64,000 nucleotides of DNA from Dictyostelium discoideum. Its lineage: Eukaryota. The stretch covers positions 32,001 through 96,000 of the forward strand of contig CM000155.2 in assembly GCA_000004695.1 (NCBI GenBank), in the 5' to 3' direction. Position numbers and translations under genes: made by a program. The notes beneath the pieces were generated by a model, which saw only the letters and a program-made list of their open reading frames with translations, searched no databases and had not been told where the DNA came from. Below are positions 13,543 through 32,318 of the stretch, piece after piece; positions within the stretch are counted from its first letter, which is position 1, and each line of letters starts with the position of its first letter.

Positions 13543-15117
13543 ATGGGAGATGATATAGATGAATATTATTCAAGGAGATATGGAAATAATAATAGTTTAG
13601 TTAGTGGTGGTATTGATACAGGATTTAGTGAACACCGAACCATTGAAAATTATAACTATACTATCAATGATGATTCAATGATTAATGATGGAGCTAATAA
13701 TAATAATGATGATGATGACGACAATGATGAACGATTATTATTACCAAATCAAAGGGAAGGAGAGAATACATCATTTAAAGTTTATAAAACTCGTTGGTGG
13801 ATTTTATTTGTATTTATGTTATTATCATTGAACCAATGTAATTTTTGGATTACATTTGGTACAGTTGCACCAATGGCAAGTAGTTTCTATGATACATCGA
13901 TGTCAAGTATCAATTGGTTATGTGCTATTGGACCTTTAGTATTTGTGCCATTATCAATGGTATTCAGTTGGACCATTGGTAGATATGGTATAAGAAAGAA
14001 TGTTATTGTGGCAGGCTTTTTAGTTGCAAGTGGTGGTATTATAAGGTGTATACCTATGGGTGGTGATAAAACATTTTTCCTCATTGTTATTGGTCAAGTT
14101 TTAAATGCTGCTGCAGGACCAATCGTTATGATCTTACCAACTAAATTATCAGCAGTTTGGTTTGCACCACAAGAACGTACACTATCCACTGCGATTGCAA
14201 CACTTTCAAATTTCATTGGATCTGCAATTGGTTTCCTTTTAGCATTGGTTTGTACTGATGATAGAAATTTGAAGATATTACTCTATGGTGAGGCAGCATT
14301 TGCTGTGGTTTTATTGGCTGTAATACTCATTTATTTCCCAGAGAAACCAAAGACTCCACCATCTGCTACCTCTTTCTTTTCCGATATTCAATCGAGTAAT
14401 AAAAAGTTAATCGATTCAAGTGTAGTCTATAAAGAACAAAAGACACTCTTTGAAAGTTGGCGTGATCTATTCATTCAATCTGGTGACTTTTTAACTGAAC
14501 CAAGTGCTGCATTACTTTGTATAGCATGCTCTTTATGTTCAGGTGTATATGCTGGTTGGGGTGCTGTTTTCGTTGAAATCGTTCAAGATGATTACAATCA
14601 AACTCAAGCCAAATGGTTAGGTTTCTTTGGTATTATCGCTGGTATGGTTGGTGGCTTACTTTTAGGTGCAATTCACGATCGTGTTCATAATTTCAAAAAA
14701 TTACTTTTAGTCATTTTTGCTTTGAATACTGTAGTTTTCACTTTTTTTTCTTTATTAATCGATCATAAACTATTACCAGATTGGTATTGGTTAGGTCAAT
14801 TGTTAAATGTTGCTGGTGGTTTTCTAATCAATAGTTTCTATCCAATCATTTACGAAGCAAGTGTAGAATGCTCTTATCCCGTACCCGAATCCGTTGGAAC
14901 TGCTATCATCTCTATCTTTATCAATGTAATAACTTTTGTATCAATTATGGTTGGCTCAATTGTACCCGCTAAATACCTCAATTGGATATTGGTTGGTGCT
15001 TCTGGTATTGCCTTTTTCTTAATTTGTTTTGTAAAAGAAGAATATAAAAGAAGTAAAAATGATAATTTAGCTGGTTTTGAATCTTCAACTCCTCAAATTA
15101 TTCCTGGTACTGATTAA
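13543..15117 (+). CDS. Major-facilitator-superfamily transporter, FLVCR/MFS_7-like, 524 aa
   Basis: ATG at 13543. About 12 predicted TM helices follow a hydrophilic N-terminus. The pattern GRYGIRKNVIVAGFLVASGGIIRCIP plus a second six-helix half is typical of FLVCR/DIRC2-type MFS carriers. Confidence 0.7.
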   Translation: MGDDIDEYYSRRYGNNNSLVSGGIDTGFSEHRTIENYNYTINDDSMINDGANNNNDDDDDNDERLLLPNQREGENTSFKVYKTRWWILFVFMLLSLNQCNFWITFGTVAPMASSFYDTSMSSINWLCAIGPLVFVPLSMVFSWTIGRYGIRKNVIVAGFLVASGGIIRCIPMGGDKTFFLIVIGQVLNAAAGPIVMILPTKLSAVWFAPQERTLSTAIATLSNFIGSAIGFLLALVCTDDRNLKILLYGEAAFAVVLLAVILIYFPEKPKTPPSATSFFSDIQSSNKKLIDSSVVYKEQKTLFESWRDLFIQSGDFLTEPSAALLCIACSLCSGVYAGWGAVFVEIVQDDYNQTQAKWLGFFGIIAGMVGGLLLGAIHDRVHNFKKLLLVIFALNTVVFTFFSLLIDHKLLPDWYWLGQLLNVAGGFLINSFYPIIYEASVECSYPVPESVGTAIISIFINVITFVSIMVGSIVPAKYLNWILVGASGIAFFLICFVKEEYKRSKNDNLAGFESSTPQIIPGTD

Positions 15118-15119
15118 TT

Positions 15120-15162
<43 letters not shown>

Positions 15163-15266
15163 GTTAAACAATCAAAAAAAAAAAAAAATAATAATAATAA
15201 TAATCAATAATTAACAATCAAAAAAAAAAAAAAAAAAATAATAACAATAATTCAATAATTAACGAT

Positions 15267-15307
<41 letters not shown>

Positions 15308-16145
15308 AACTTAAATTAATTTAAATTAAATTAAATATTAAATAATTAAAAACAAAAGATAAACAAAAAATACAATTGATGGATTCTATTAGGATCTTTT
15401 TTTTAAAAAAAAATTTTATTATACTATTTTACACCCTGTTTTGCTCTTATTTTCTTGAAATTTTAAAAATTTGTGGGAAATGAAAATTTAATATGGTAAA
15501 TCTAATTCTGGTGGATTTTGTTAACTGTTAAAAAAAAAAAAAAAAAAAAATACAATTAAATAAATTTCCATATTCCACCATTTTTTATTAAAAATATTAA
15601 TTTGAAGACATAAAAATTATTCTTGAGTGATTTTGGGCATTGATAATGTGATGTTGGTTTTTATATAATCTAACACATCCATAGATTTATAATCTTTATA
15701 ATTCAGCCCAACAATTCAACGTTAAAGTAATCAAGTAAAACTAGTCCACATTCAAACAACACCAAATCAACACATCCTTCCCCTCATTAACTACCAACAG
15801 AAACATTACTTTCTAAAACAAAAATTAAATAAACAATAAGCAAAAGGTATATTACCTTACATTAACCAACAATTTGTTCATTTGAGCTGTAGATGATGAA
15901 AAGACAACGCAATCTAACGGTTGTGAGACATAAGTCTTGTGATGGAAAAGTCAGCATTGTACATTTGTATTAACTTTTCAAAGTTGGTGCACCATTCACA
16001 AAATAATTTGAATTGTGATATCAACTATGAATTTCTCTTCATTTTTTTTTTTTTTTCGCCAAATCAATGTCATTATTTTCATTTAATTAATTTGCTAATT
16101 AATTTGTCACAATTTTTTTTTGAATCGAACCAGCAAATGATTACA

Positions 16146-16190
<45 letters not shown>

Positions 16191-16285
16191 AAAAGAAAAA
16201 AAAAAAAAAATTTTTTTTTCATCTCAAAAGCTCATTACCATCAAAAATAAAAAAATAACTCAAATAATTCAAGTATAAAATAAAA

Positions 16286-16858
16286 ATGTCAACCAACAGA
16301 AGAATTTTAACCAAAAAAACTGAAAATATATCTAATTTTATAAATAACTATCATTCTGATGTTATAAATGAAGTTGAAGAATCCATTACCAAGTTTGTAT
16401 TTGAAAAAAAAAAAAAAATATTATTACAAATATGTAAAAATAAATATATTGAAATTTTTTTTTTATTTTTATATTGTTAATTAACAGTAATAGAGTAGTT
16501 GTAGTTGGTATGGCTTATAATCCTCATGTTTCCAAAGTAAACAAGGTTTGTATTCTTGCTCGATATATATATTTATATTTTTTTTTTTTTTTTTTTTTTT
16601 TTCCCCCAATTAAACTATTTTCTAATACAATTTTTAAATTCATATTTTTAGGTTTTAGGTGAACAAGGAGTTCAATTTAAATACTTAGAATACGGATCAT
16701 ACTTTTCCATGTGGTCACAACGTTTAAGCATTAAGATGTTCACTGGTTTCCCAACATATCCTCAAGTATTTGTTGATGGTACTTTAATTGGTGGTTGTGA
16801 TGATACAATTAAAGAATTAAATGAAGGAACTTTGTTTAATGATTTAAAAAAAAAATAA
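16286..16858 (+). CDS. Monothiol-glutaredoxin-like protein lacking the active-site Cys. Exons are 16286..16392, 16488..16545 and 16652..16858; 123 aa.
   Basis: Both introns use a GTTTGT donor. The spliced product is ...ESITNNRVVVVGMAYNPHVSKVNKVLGEQGVQFKYLEYGSYFSMWSQRLSIKMFTGFPTYPQVFVDGTLIGGCDDTIKELNEGTLFNDL. Its C-terminal half matches the Grx5-type consensus (GVxF..D.L.D..LR.GLK..S.WPT.PQlfv.Ge.iGGcD...L...GeL), but the CGFS/CPYC position reads NPHVS. Confidence 0.55.
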
Positions 16859-16932
16859 TTAAATAATCCAAATAATGATTTTTTAAATAAAGTTGTAATT
16901 TTAAATTTTAATTTTTGTTAATCTTATTATTA

Positions 16933-16963
<31 letters not shown>

Positions 16964-17485
16964 CTCAGGATTACAATTCAAAAAAAAAAAAAAAAAAATA
17001 ATTTTTGAAAACTTTTTTAAATCTTAAATAGGATTTCTGACCATCAATTTAAAAAATTATCAGTAAATAAACAATAACCCTTATTAAAAATTTATTAATT
17101 TGTTAACAACTATCTCAATTGATTCATATAGTCAAAATCGATTGAAATTTGTTCTTTAACTTTTTTGTTTTTTTTTTTTTTTTTTCCATTTCCAAATTTT
17201 TTTTAAATCTATAATTATTGAGGTGTAGGATAAGTTTAACAATTTATTTATATTTTTGTTTTCTATTAATGAAACTAAAAATGAAAATATCACGAGTTGA
17301 AAAACACTCCCCACTTACACTGGATATTTTACAATTATTCCAAAGTATCATTTGAATATATAATTTAAATTTTTATAAAAATTTATTAATATTATCATAC
17401 AAAAACAATTAAATTAATTTTATTATTTTATTATTTTATTATTTTTATTTCTTTTTATTTATTTATTTATTATATATTATAAAAT

Positions 17486-18628
17486 TTATTCTTGTGGAGG
17501 TTGTTGATCACAAAATTGATGCCAATGTACTTTTTTATTTTCAACATCAATTTTCCAACGTTGATAATATTCAGTTAAAATGGTAGTATTAGCAATGGTA
17601 TATTTATCGATTTCAGCAAATTGTGGTTCAGAGAGATCAGGAGTATTCTCTAAAGGCCAACGTAAGATGTATTTTAAACGTTCAACCGATTTTTGCATAT
17701 CTAAATAGTATTGTTTATTATCTTCCCAGAATTTTGGAGATTTTGGACGAGAGTAATAGTGAAAACAAACGTTGAGAGTTGGAGCAAAGAATCTAAATCC
17801 AGCTGAATACATTCTAACACTGTATAGAATTTCTTCACCTTCGAATAGATTTGAAAGATGAGGATCAAATGGTACCAATTTAATTGCTTCACCAGAGGTG
17901 AAAAAGAAACCAGCGGCAATGTAAGGACATTCGGCAGGCTTAGTTGTTGCCTTTAGGATGAATGAATTGAAGGTGATGATACCACGAGAATTGAATTCAC
18001 CTTTACATAATCTTGGTACACCTGTTTGATCAATCACTGGTAAACCACTATCTTCAACATTGTAAGCCATTGGATAATGAGTTAATACGGTACGTGGTAT
18101 ACCATTTTCACCAATAGGTGCGTATGATTTTGTCAACCAAAGATCATTGATAATCAATGAATCCCAACCTTTAATAAAACGTAGATGACTATCGACTTGC
18201 ATGAAATATGTCTCATTGTTGTAGAGGGTTGTTGCATAATAACGTGCTAATGTTGGTCCTTTCGATTGTGCCACTGTCAATGCTATTCTTCTAACATTTG
18301 ATTGTATCAATTCGGGTGCTACCTTTAACCCCCTATAACAGTATGAATTTGGAAATGATGGATCTTGATTTGGATCTTCCTCTAAAAACTCTGATCCTTG
18401 ATCTACTATACCAATGAATATTTTCTCTGGTCGATTGGCATGATTAAATATATAATTTATAGTGTCTGAACAAAATACATCCCTATATGCTGCTAATGAT
18501 ACAAATATGGTTGGATCTATCTCTTCTCCTACCACATTCCTATTTATTCCTCCTGATATTCCACCATTTACTGAATTTTTTACATCTCTTTCTGTTAATT
18601 TTGAATCGATTCTAAAATAATAATTCAT
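17486..18628 (-). CDS. Putative glycosyltransferase (GlcNAc-transferase-like, GT60/PF11397-type), 380 aa from the first ATG. The 5' end is possibly incomplete.
   Basis: The single ORF has acidic motifs (IVDQGSEF..EDPNQD) and conserved W/Y/H-rich blocks, which I recall as similar to Dictyostelium polypeptide GlcNAc-transferases. Immediately upstream and in frame is a hydrophobic stretch, LLGAVLIIVLIFQ, preceded by a poly-T plus CAG acceptor-like site. This suggests a missing signal-anchor exon. Confidence 0.5.
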   Translation of the reverse strand: MNYYFRIDSKLTERDVKNSVNGGISGGINRNVVGEEIDPTIFVSLAAYRDVFCSDTINYIFNHANRPEKIFIGIVDQGSEFLEEDPNQDPSFPNSYCYRGLKVAPELIQSNVRRIALTVAQSKGPTLARYYATTLYNNETYFMQVDSHLRFIKGWDSLIINDLWLTKSYAPIGENGIPRTVLTHYPMAYNVEDSGLPVIDQTGVPRLCKGEFNSRGIITFNSFILKATTKPAECPYIAAGFFFTSGEAIKLVPFDPHLSNLFEGEEILYSVRMYSAGFRFFAPTLNVCFHYYSRPKSPKFWEDNKQYYLDMQKSVERLKYILRWPLENTPDLSEPQFAEIDKYTIANTTILTEYYQRWKIDVENKKVHWHQFCDQQPPQE

Positions 18629-19802
18629 TTGAAATATTAAAACTATAATTAAAACCGCTCCAACAGCTGAATAAAAAAAAAAAATAAAAAAAAAATAAAT
18701 AAAAAAAAAATATATATATATTAATTAATATTTTTATTATTATTATTATTTATTTATAATTTATTATTTATTATTATTAAAGTTGAATTAAAACATACTA
18801 TAAATGAAAGGTTTCTTTGAAACTACCATTTTTTATAACTGTTTATATTTATTGCTATTATGTTATTTTTTTTATATCTTAATTTTATTTTTATTTATTT
18901 ATAGGTTTTTTTTTTTTTTTCTTTTATTGGCTTTTCATTATCAATTAACTATCTATCTGAATAAATTTATTTTTAATTTTTTGTGCGAATGATAATTATA
19001 AAACAAAAAAAAAAAAAAAAAACCAAAAATAAAAAAAAAAATAAAAAAAAAAAATTAAATTAAAAAAAAAAAAAAAAAAAAAATTAAATTAAAAAAAAAA
19101 AAATAAAATTTTATTGCAAACAAAGCGATTTATGTGTGAATTAAAAAAAAAAAAAAAAGGGGTTTAAGTTTACAAAATTAATATTTATTAACAATTTTGG
19201 TGTTGATTTTTTGTTTGTATATTCACAAAACCTTATCATTGTTTATTATTTTTTGAGACATTATTCTTGGATTTAAATTTTTTTTTTTTTTTTTTTGTTA
19301 TCATTAGTGTCGAGGCAATTAAAAAAAAAAATTGTAACCCTTAAAGATTTCTTTTTATTTTTATGAAATTACTTTGATTTTAAATTAATAGTATCAAATG
19401 GTTAATAATTGTAACCCTCAATGATTTCTTTTTATTTTTTTTTTAATTTTTTTTATTTTTTAATTTTTTTTTTTAAAAAACAATTCCCAGAGACACGAAT
19501 AGCGCCACATTTTTTTTTTTAAAATTTTTTTTTTTAATTTTTTTTTTTTATTTTTTATTTTTTTTATTTTTTATTTTTTATTTTTTTTTTTTTATTAATT
19601 ATCATACCCACCAACCTTTTACAAATAATATTATGATAAATTATCTTTTCAAATAGATTTAATGAAATAATAATAATAATAATTAATAATTGTAATAATA
19701 GAAAAAAATAAATAAAAAAATAAATTTTAAATAAAAAAAAAAAGTAAAAAATAATATTTATTATTCTTTGTCAAACACAAACCCGAAATTTCATAAAATA
19801 CA

Positions 19803-19972
19803 ATGGAAGATAAAGAAGATGTCGAGAATGTAGATGACGTTGGCTATTTACCAATTTTATTTTTATATATAGCATATGCATTTATCATTTTTAATGGTAA
19901 ACTAGCAGAATTTATTGGTAAATTAAAGGGTGAAAGATATTTACATACACCAGAGGTATATATATTTTATAG

Positions 19973-20012
<40 letters not shown>

Positions 20013-21476
20013 TTTTTTTTTTTTTTTTTTTTTTTTCTTCTCTGTAATTCCTTTTTAATTTTAAATTATTAATAAATTAATTTATTTTTTTTTTATTTTT
20101 TATTTTTTTTTTTTATTTTTTATTTTTTTTTTTTATATATATATATATATATATAGGGATATGCACCTTTATTTGTTGAATTTGAATATTTTTATCAAAG
20201 ACGTATGTATGGTAGAATTAAAGATGCATGGGATAGACCAATCAATAGTATAGCAGGAGCATGGATTGATGTTATGCCAAGAGCTAGTAAACATTATTCT
20301 CAACGTTTAGAGTTAACAGGAGGAAAGACAATCAAATGTTTGAATTTAGGAAGTTATAATTATTTAGGATTTGCACAAAATGAAGGACCAGTAGCAGACA
20401 AAGTGATCGATAGTATCTATAAATATGGTGTTTACACTGGTAGCACGAGTGCAGAGGTAGGATTAAGTGAACCACAAAGAGATTTGGAGAATTTAACAGC
20501 TCGTTTCGTTGGAAAAGAGGATGCAATCGTATTTGAAATGGGATTTGCAACCAACTCTGGTACATTACCAGCATTGATTGGTAAGGGTGGTTTAATCATT
20601 AGTGATTCATTGAATCATGCATCATTGGCCACCGGTTGTAAGAATACAGGTTGTAAAGTTAAGGTATTTCGTCATAACGATTCCAAACATTTGGAAGAGG
20701 TCATTAGAGAGTCAATCATTCAAGGTCAACCACGTACTCATCGTCCATGGACTATGATTTTAATCATTATTGAAGGTATCTACTCTATGGAGGGTGAGGT
20801 TGCAAATCTTCCAGAGATTCTTGCCATCAAAAAGAAGTACAAATGTTACCTCTACATCGATGAGGCTCATTCAATTGGTGCCCTTGGTAAAACGGGTCGT
20901 GGTATCGTCGATTACTATGGTATCGATCCAAAGGAGATCGATATCCTTATGGGTACTTACACAAAATCATTTGGTGCAATCGGTGGTTATGTTGCAAGTG
21001 ATAAATCTTTGATCGATCATCTTCGTCAATCTTCTTTCTCTCAAGTTTATGCAAATAGTATGAGTCCAGTTTGCGCTGTGCAAGCTTTGGAGGCTTTACG
21101 TGTTATCATGGGTGAAGATGGTACTGACACTGGTGCAAAGAAATTAAAACAATTACATGACAATTCAAATTACTTTAGAGAGAAAATTCGTGAAATGGGT
21201 TTCGTTATCTTGGGTAATAAAGACTCTCCAGTCATTCCTTTGATGTTATTTAATCCTGCTAAATTATCGGCTTTCTCCCGTCTTTGTCTAGAGAAACATA
21301 TTGCTGTCGTTGTCGTTGGTTATCCTGCTACACCTTTAACTGAACCACGTACTCGTTTCTGTATTTCAGCTTCTCATACCATTGAAGATTTGGATTGGGC
21401 ACTTCGTCAAATTGATGAGATTGGTGATCTTATCACTTTGAAATTCCATAAAGGAAAATATTTAAAAAGTAAATAA
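19803..21476 (+). CDS. sptB: Serine palmitoyltransferase subunit 2 (LCB2). Exons are 19803..19955 and 20157..21476; 490 aa.
   Basis: Exon 1 (MEDKEDVENVDDVGYLPILFLYIAYAFIIFNG..HTPE) ends at a GTATAT donor. The acceptor is (AT)n-AG at 20155-20156. Exon 2 encodes GYAPLFVEFEYFYQRRMYGRIKDAWDRPI.. and the AONS-family PLP fold, including GTYTKSFGAIGGYVA with the Lys for the PLP Schiff base. Confidence 0.85.
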
Positions 21477-21774
21477 ATAAAATAAAAAAAAAAAATAAAA
21501 AAAAATTAAAAAAATTAAAAAAAATAAAATAAAATATATTTTTTTTCTTTTATTTATAGTTTTTAAATTCCAAAATTTTCAATCTTTGTATTTAAATAGA
21601 AATTGTATACGCTCTTTTAAAATAAAAAAAAATAATTCCAAAAAAAGTTAAAAACACCTAAAACAATTTTGGAAATATCTTTTTTTTTAGCAAAGAGCTT
21701 AAAAAAAAAAAAAATTTCTTTTTTTTTTTTTTCATTTTTTCAAATATTTTTTTTTTATTTCCAAAAACACAAAT

Positions 21775-24128
<2,354 letters not shown>

Positions 24129-24192
24129 AATAAAAAATAAAATAATCACAGAAAATTCATTAACCTATTTTTTGTGTTCGAAAATATCTTCG

Positions 24193-24233
<41 letters not shown>

Positions 24234-24505
24234 AATATATAAATAAAAATATATCCACTAAAAATGTTATCTTTTTAAAAAATAGATAAAATGAGATAAT
24301 TATTAATTTTTAATTAATTATTTTATTTTATTAAAAATTTTATAAAATTATTAATTTAATATTTATTTGTATTAAAATTTGTTTGTGCACATAAATAAAA
24401 TAAAAAAAAAAAAAAAAAACCCCGACTAAATTTAATAGTTCGACTTGAATTTTCTGTTTTTTTCAACTATCTTTAAAACAAAAAAAAAAAAAAAAAAAAA
24501 AAAAG

Positions 24506-24713
24506 AACAGTTACATTTTTTTTATATTATTTTGTGTATTTTGATTGTTCATACATTATTGGAATAAAAAAAATTAAAATCATTGTTTCCAAACCAATTT
24601 TTTTATTTTTTTATAAAAATATAAATTATTTATATAATTTATTTACTCATTGTTCTTCAAAATAAAAAAATGATTACAAAAAATGTAAATTAATTCTTAA
24701 AATAAAATTTTTG

Positions 24714-24747
<34 letters not shown>

Positions 24748-24850
24748 ATTACATTCATTTTTTAATATTTTATATCATTTTGTGTATTTTTGGGTGTTCT
24801 ATTTTTACTAAATCCATATAAAAAATAAAAAAAATTAATCATTGTTAAAA
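24506..24850 (+). repeat. Imperfect direct repeat (two roughly 95-bp copies, each preceded by a long poly-A) in intergenic DNA
   Basis: Copy 1 is around 24506-24600 and copy 2 around 24747-24850. They share ..(a)n..gattacatt..ttttatatt..attttgtgtatttt.g..ttc..ataaaaaa(a)ttaa.atcattgtt.., and the tgattaca motif is also at 24670. Confidence 0.5.
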
Positions 24851-25344
24851 AATTAAAAGTAATTGAAAAATAAAATGAAAAAAATGAAAAAATATTTTTT
24901 TTTGTTTTTTTTTTTTTTGTTTTTAAAGAAGATTAGGTTAGATATTTATGTGGGGTTGTACTTTTATAAAATATTTTAAATTTTTTTTTTTTTTTTTTTT
25001 TTTTTTTGTTTTTTATTTTTTTGATTTGTTTTTTTTAATGTAACCCTGGCACCACCACACACTTTGTGAGAAAAAAAAAAAAAAAAAAGAAAAAAAAATA
25101 AATTAAAAAAAAAAAAAATTCATAAATGTTTTGATAAGAAAAACATATAATACAATATATTTTTATCAATTTTATTTATATCGTTTTTTTTTTTTTTTTT
25201 ATTGTTTTAAAAATAAAAAAATAAAAAAAAAATAAAAAAAAAGAAAAACAAAAGAAATAGAAAAGTAGAAGAAAAATAAAGAAAGAAAAGAAGAAGAAAG
25301 GAAAAAAAAAAAAATATTTAGTGTGCATATATAGATTTATGTAA

Positions 25345-27218
25345 ATGACATTTGTATGGAAGGATTTCTTAAATGAAAATGTTACATTTTATCATGCGGC
25401 AATTGTAATAGGACTAATTTTATGTGTTGTAACAGTTATAATGACCTCACATCTTATTTATAAACACTTTAAATATTATTGTCAACCGGATCACCAACGT
25501 TATATTGTTAGAATCATATTCATGATTCCTATTTATAGTATATTCACAATTCTTTCAATCATTTTTCATCAATACGAAATTTATTTTGCTTTAGCAAGAG
25601 ACTGGTATGTTTTTTTTTATTATTTTTATTATTATTTTTGTATTTTATTATTAATTTGTTTACAAACATTATTTATTTTAATAGTTATGAGTCTTATGTA
25701 ATTTATAGTTTTTTTGCATTATTAATTAGTTATGGCGGAGGTGATAGTAATTTGGTAACACATTTTATTGCACACGAACCAGTATCATTAAGTCCATTCA
25801 AACAAATAGAATATTTATATAAACCTAGCGAGTATGATAGTTTATAATTATTTCTTATTAAAAAAAAAAAAAAAAAAAAAAAAATTTATTATTAATCGGT
25901 TAATTACAATTTTATAGAAAATTTTTACAAATTAGTAGAATATTTATTTTACAATATGTTATTATAAAACCATTGATGGCAATTTTAGTTATTATTTTAA
26001 CTGTTTACAATAGACAGGGTAATAGTTTCATGCAATTTAATACCTTATACCCATATAATATGACAATTACTTTTGTGTCTGTTGGTTTAGCTTTATATTT
26101 TGTAATGTTGTTTTTAAAGGTATTTATTGCTTTTTTTAGTTTATATAATTTTATAATTTTATTTTCATATTTATTAATAAATAATTCATTATTATTATTT
26201 ATTAGATATCTCACGATGAAGTATCACCATTCAAACCAGTTTTAAAGTTTTTATCAATCAAAATTTTAATTGGACTCATTTTTTGGCAATATATGGCATT
26301 AATTGCTTTGGATTATTTTGGTATGATACCAGAATCCCACGAATTTGATAGTGATGAACTTCTTGTTTTTATTTGTGTATGTAAAAAAAAAAAAAAAAAA
26401 AATGATTTTAAAAAAAAAAAAAAAATGATTTTAAAAAAAAAAAGAAAACCTAGTACTAATAATATTTTCCAATTATATATATATAGAATTGTTTAATTTT
26501 AATAGAAATGTTATTTTGTGCTATATTACATTTTTATGCGTACCCATATGAATTATATAGGGTGATGACATTAAATTCAGCACCATTATTAGAGAAAAAT
26601 TTCCATAAGGTTGGTTCAATATTTAATAATGTGGCACATTCAATTAAACAAACTGATATGATTGAAGAAACAATTAAATCTATAAAGGGTACAAATATTT
26701 ATAAAAAAGATAAAAGTAAAGGAAAAGGTAAAGGTAAAAATGAAAATTATGATGGTTTAGGTGATGATGAACAATATGATGAAGACTTTGATATAGCTCC
26801 AATTGAAATGGGTGAATTTCAAAAACCACAACAATATAATGATAAATCTGCAATTATCGATTTTGATGTTAATAATGATAAACAACACCAAAATGATTAT
26901 AATTACGATATTAATGGCGGCGGTGGTGGTGGTGTTGATGATGAATACGAACTTGATCAATATATAGATCAATATATTGATGATTTTGAAAAAGATCCTG
27001 ACATCATCAATATCATTAATTCTAGTGTAAATAATAAAAATAATATCACTTCAATTGGTGTTCATAGTGGAAATGAATATAATAAATACTCAAACGATGA
27101 TAGTTACTTAACTGATGATTTCTTCTTTTCAATGATGTCAAATATTAAATCAAATAATAATAATAATATCGAACAATATAATGAAAATGATGCCGATAAT
27201 CATGGACCCATGGTTTAA
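25345..27218 (+). CDS. TMEM184-family (DUF300/OST-alpha-like) membrane protein, 5 exons: 25345..25604, 25685..25831, 25918..26119, 26206..26376 and 26487..27218.
   Basis: The splice TG|gtatgt..ag|T recreates the family motif ARDCYESYVIYSFFALLISYGGGD (human TMEM184 CRDCYEAFVIYNF..YLGGE). Later exons give FLQISRIFILQYVIIKPLMAI.. (human [20 protein letters not shown]), SPFKPVLKFLSIKILIGLIFWQ and IEMLFCAILHFYAYPYELY. Donors are GTATGT/GTATGA/GTATTT and all phases are consistent. Confidence 0.8.
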
Positions 27219-27479
27219 ATTTAAAGATAAAATTTAAAATAAATTTATTTCCCTAAATTTTAAAATTTTTTTTTTTTTATAACTTTTTTAAAAAACCCCC
27301 CATCCCCAATTCAATATTAATCATTAAATTTAATTATTTTTTTTTTTTAAAAAAAAAAAAAAACAGGGACACCTCTTTTTAATTTCTATTTTTAGTTTTT
27401 TTTATTTCCCTTTTAATGATTGTTCACTGATTTTAATTTGATAAAAATAAAATGATACTTTTGCAACATCATCATTTTT

Positions 27480-27518
<39 letters not shown>

Positions 27519-27611
27519 GTTTTTTTTTTTTTTTTTTTTTCGGTTAGGCAAACTAATTTTGTTTGTCAGTTACATTGTTTTCAAAAGCTAATTCAAATTT
27601 AATATGTAATA

Positions 27612-31790
<4,179 letters not shown>

Positions 31791-32136
31791 AAAAATAAAA
31801 AAAAATAAAAAAAAATAAAACAAAAAGAAGTAAAAACCTAAATCTCACCGATTCCATCTAATTTTTTTTTTTTATTTTTATTTTTATTTTTATTTTTAAT
31901 TTTTTTTTTAATTTTTTTTGTAGTTTTTTGGTTTTTTTTTCACAAAATTTTTTTTTTTTTTTTTCCAACGGCCATTAGGTTGTCAGTATTGTTTGATAAA
32001 AAAAAAAAAAAAAAAAAAAAACCATATATTTGGTACATATTGAAAAGTTCTGTAATAATAGAAACTGTATTTGTAACCTTATAATAAAAACACCATTAAA
32101 AAAGAAAAGAAATCTAAATATATACTTCCAAATTTT

Positions 32137-32175
<39 letters not shown>

Positions 32176-32285
32176 CCTAAAAGGCCCCTAAAAAAGAAAG
32201 AAAATTTTTAAATAAATTAAATCCTTTTTTCTTAATTATCAAACAAACCTTTTCATATTGATTTAATCTGTGCAATTATTTTTAT

Positions 32286-32318
<33 letters not shown>

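Noticed and set aside
16100-16140. Possible tRNA gene (box B-like GGTTCGATTC on the minus strand)
   Set aside because: There is no complementary T-stem or acceptor stem, and the flanks are A-runs. It is kept only as a weak finding, not a feature.
15939-16250. ORF 15939..16250 (103 aa)
   Set aside because: It starts at GTG, has low-complexity poly-K/F composition, and shows no homology.
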